A stretch of 64,000 nt of DNA from an uncultured Chloroflexia bacterium. Its GTDB lineage: Bacteria > Chloroflexota > UBA6077 > JACCZL01. The DNA is taken from positions 32,001 through 96,000 of the forward strand of contig CAVXYC010000018.1 of NCBI GenBank assembly GCA_963765765.1. Reading direction: 5' to 3'. This document shows positions 61,708-64,000 of this stretch, in pieces. How positions within the stretch are numbered: the first letter of the stretch is position 1; each line of letters starts with the position of its first letter. The translations under genes were made by a program, and so were the position numbers. The notes beneath the pieces were generated by a model. That model made no database searches, was not told the DNA's origin, and saw nothing but the letters and a program-made list of their open reading frames with translations.

Positions 61708-62744
61708 TCTCATCTGACTCCCATGTGATCGAGCCGCCGGGGCTGTGGGAAGAGCGCTTGCCGGCCGCCATTCGGGAGAGGGCGCCGAAGTATCCGGGCC
61801 TCGAAGTAGGCAGCCCGTTTCAAGCGCACGATGGCGGCTGGGATCCGGTAGCGCGAGTCAAGGAGATGGCCGTGGATGGGGTGAGCGGTGAGGTGCTTTA
61901 CCGAAGCCTCGCGATGGACCAGTATGGCATCGAGGACGCGGCGATCCAGGAAGCGTCCTTCCGCGTTTACAACGATTGGCTCATAGAGTACTGCGCTTAT
62001 GCGCCCGATCGTCTCTTCGGTGTGGGGATGATTGCCACATATGACATGCAGGCCGCTGTCGCGGAGCTTCAGCGTTGCAAGCACGCTGGCCTTCGAGGCG
62101 CCATGATCTGGCAGGTTCCTCCGGACGAGCTATCGTTCGCCTCGGATCACTACGATCCGTTCTGGGAAGCGTGCCAGTCGCTGGGGATGCCTGTGAGCCT
62201 GCATATCCTGACCGGCAAGCCCTACCCACCCGGAGCCGTAGGCGGCGGCGGACGTCGTACCGCAGTACAGGGATTGCGCATGGCCGTGAATACCAAGGTT
62301 TTCTACGCCATGAACGCGCTCAGCGACATCATCTGTTCCGGAGTCCTCGAGCGATTCCCGCGACTGCGGGTGGTCCTGGTCGAGAACGAGGTGAGCTGGC
62401 TGCCGTTCGTCTTGACGCAATGGGACAAGTACTGGAAGCGGGGCATTATGGATAGCCCGCTCACCGCTCCGCCAGGCGAGTATTTCCAGCGCCAGGTCCA
62501 GGCCACATTCTTCAACGACCCGCCCACACACATGCTGTTTCCGGATTGGGGAGTTGACAACTGCATGTGGTCCAATGACTTCCCCCACCCGAACTCCACC
62601 TGGCCGCATTCGCGCGACGTGATCGATCGCGACCTCGGTCACCTTGGCGCGGAGACCCGCAAACGCCTGTGCCATGACAATGTGGTGGAGCTATACAAGC
62701 TGCCCGGCTATTGCTCCTCTTGCGGAGATTGTTGGCGTGGGTAG
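61676..62744 (+). CDS. Amidohydrolase_2 family protein (probable +1 error just after ATG 61676)
   Basis: ISSDSHVIEP upstream of the ORF-track start; YNDWL, VSLH, ERFP.L, SNDFPH. Confidence 0.9.
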
Positions 62745-62865
62745 AGAGCTTCAGAGGCTAAGCGTTGAAGGCTGGCGTGATCTGCTTCTCCGAACCTAAA
62801 TCCCTCACGCCCCTTCCCAGGCTTCTGTTGTATGGTGGCCTCAGTCGTTTGGGAGGACGCATTCA

Positions 62866-63888
62866 ATGAGGAAGATCGACGTATTCCCCCATATCTTCCC
62901 CAAGCCGCTCCTTGATAAGGCCTCGGAAGTGGCCGTGGAGCCCGCGCTGGGGCAGTTCAAGCGCAACAACGGCATCCCGGTGCTCTATGACCTGGATGCC
63001 CGATTCAGGGCCATGGACAACTTTGGCGATTATGTCCAGATCCTGACGATCTCAAATCCGCCTATTGAGTCCATCGGCGCGCCGCCGCTCTCAACGGAGC
63101 TGGCCAAGCTGGGCAACGACATCCTGGCAGATCTATGCGTCAAGCACCCGGACCGCTTCGTCGGATTCTCGGCATCCATGCCGATGAACGATCCGGAAGG
63201 CACGCTCAACGAAATCGATCGCGCCATCAATCAGCTCGGCGCGCTGGGCGTTCAGATCTACACCCACGTGAACGGACGCCCGCTGGACGATCCGATGTTT
63301 GAGCCGTTCTGGCAGAAAATGTCCCAGATCGACAAGCCGATCTGGGTGCACCCCGCACGTGGCCCGGGCATGCCCGACTACCCTACGGAAGACCACTCGA
63401 AGTATGAGATCTGGTGGACCTTTGGCTGGCCGTATGAGACCGCCACGTTTATGGCGCGCGTGGTCTTCTCCGGCATCCTGGATCGCTACCCGAATCTCAA
63501 GATTCTGACGCACCACGGCGGCAGCATCGTCCCGCATCTCTCCGGGCGCATAGGCCCTGGCATGGAGAACCTGGGCAACCGCACGCCCGGTGAGGAAGGT
63601 GACCAGCTCGTCCACCTTCGTCAAACGATGGCGAAGAAGCCTACCGACTACTTCAAGATGTTCTACGGCGACACGGCACTCTTCGGCGCGGGCCATGCCA
63701 TGCGCTGCGCCATGGAGTTTCTGGGCCTCGATCGCATGATGTTCGGCAGCGACATGCCGTTTGATCCTGAGCGAGGCACGGCGTTTATCCGCTGGACCAT
63801 GGAGAACATCGACGAGCTCGGTCTCACCCAGGCGCAGCTCGCCGATCTCTATGAGAACAACGCGAAGCGGATTCTGGGGCTCAAGTAG
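62866..63888 (+). CDS. Amidohydrolase_2 family protein (decarboxylase-like)
   Basis: IDVFPH, IWVHP, THHGG, FGSDMPF; GGAGG RBS. Confidence 0.93.
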   Translation: MRKIDVFPHIFPKPLLDKASEVAVEPALGQFKRNNGIPVLYDLDARFRAMDNFGDYVQILTISNPPIESIGAPPLSTELAKLGNDILADLCVKHPDRFVGFSASMPMNDPEGTLNEIDRAINQLGALGVQIYTHVNGRPLDDPMFEPFWQKMSQIDKPIWVHPARGPGMPDYPTEDHSKYEIWWTFGWPYETATFMARVVFSGILDRYPNLKILTHHGGSIVPHLSGRIGPGMENLGNRTPGEEGDQLVHLRQTMAKKPTDYFKMFYGDTALFGAGHAMRCAMEFLGLDRMMFGSDMPFDPERGTAFIRWTMENIDELGLTQAQLADLYENNAKRILGLK

Positions 63889-63901
63889 TTAGGGAGATAA
63901 T

Positions 63902-63955
63902 GGACTACAGGGCCATCGAGGACGACAGCGAACGTCCTTGATGGCCCTGTAGTCC
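63902..63955. terminator. Long hairpin after the amidohydrolase gene
   Basis: ggactacagggccatcgaggacg / cgtccttgatggccctgtagtcc. Confidence 0.7.
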
Positions 63956-64000
63956 CTTACGTCACTTCTGACGTCCTCGCCAGAATGGCGGCCAGGTTCC

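Noticed and set aside
62700-62744. Cys-rich tail YCSSCGDC on the amidohydrolase
   Set aside because: It begins at a CCCGG site and is probably an out-of-frame artefact.
63957-64000. Possible 3' end of a minus-strand gene (NLAAILARTSEVT*)
   Set aside because: Too short to support at the window edge.
1-64000. tRNA, rRNA, riboswitches, transposases; many long antisense ORFs
   Set aside because: None of the RNA or mobile-element features was recognised by eye, though an Rfam scan could still find some. The antisense ORFs are expected shadows in GC-rich DNA.

Overview
GC-rich bacterial chromosomal window. Gene content suggests Chloroflexota: Ala/Pro-linker lipoproteins, many LLM, amidohydrolase and cupin enzymes, and LGFP-like repeats. 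This assignment is an inference. Most of the window is aromatic/heterocycle catabolism, transport and regulation, plus a HepT/MntA toxin-antitoxin pair, pcrA, a surface-glycosylation locus and a three-gene cell-wall-hydrolase unit. About ten genes carry single-base frameshifts, many at CCGG sites, which points to long-read consensus errors rather than true pseudogenes. The most striking locus is 35.4-42.7 kb. A secreted protein ending in 100 consecutive Asp residues sits upstream of two SdpA-like genes, an HTTM (vitamin-K-dependent-carboxylase-like) protein fused to a CapA domain, and a secreted alpha/alpha-barrel protein. Next to it are a divergent DCC/DUF393 thiol oxidoreductase and a paralog of the poly-Asp protein with a D/N/G tail. 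The first Cys codon of the DCC gene is TGA, followed by a SECIS-like hairpin, so it is a candidate selenoprotein. I propose that this locus exports and modifies (possibly carboxylates) a ribosomally encoded polyaspartate. All family assignments come from motif recognition by eye; no database searches were run.
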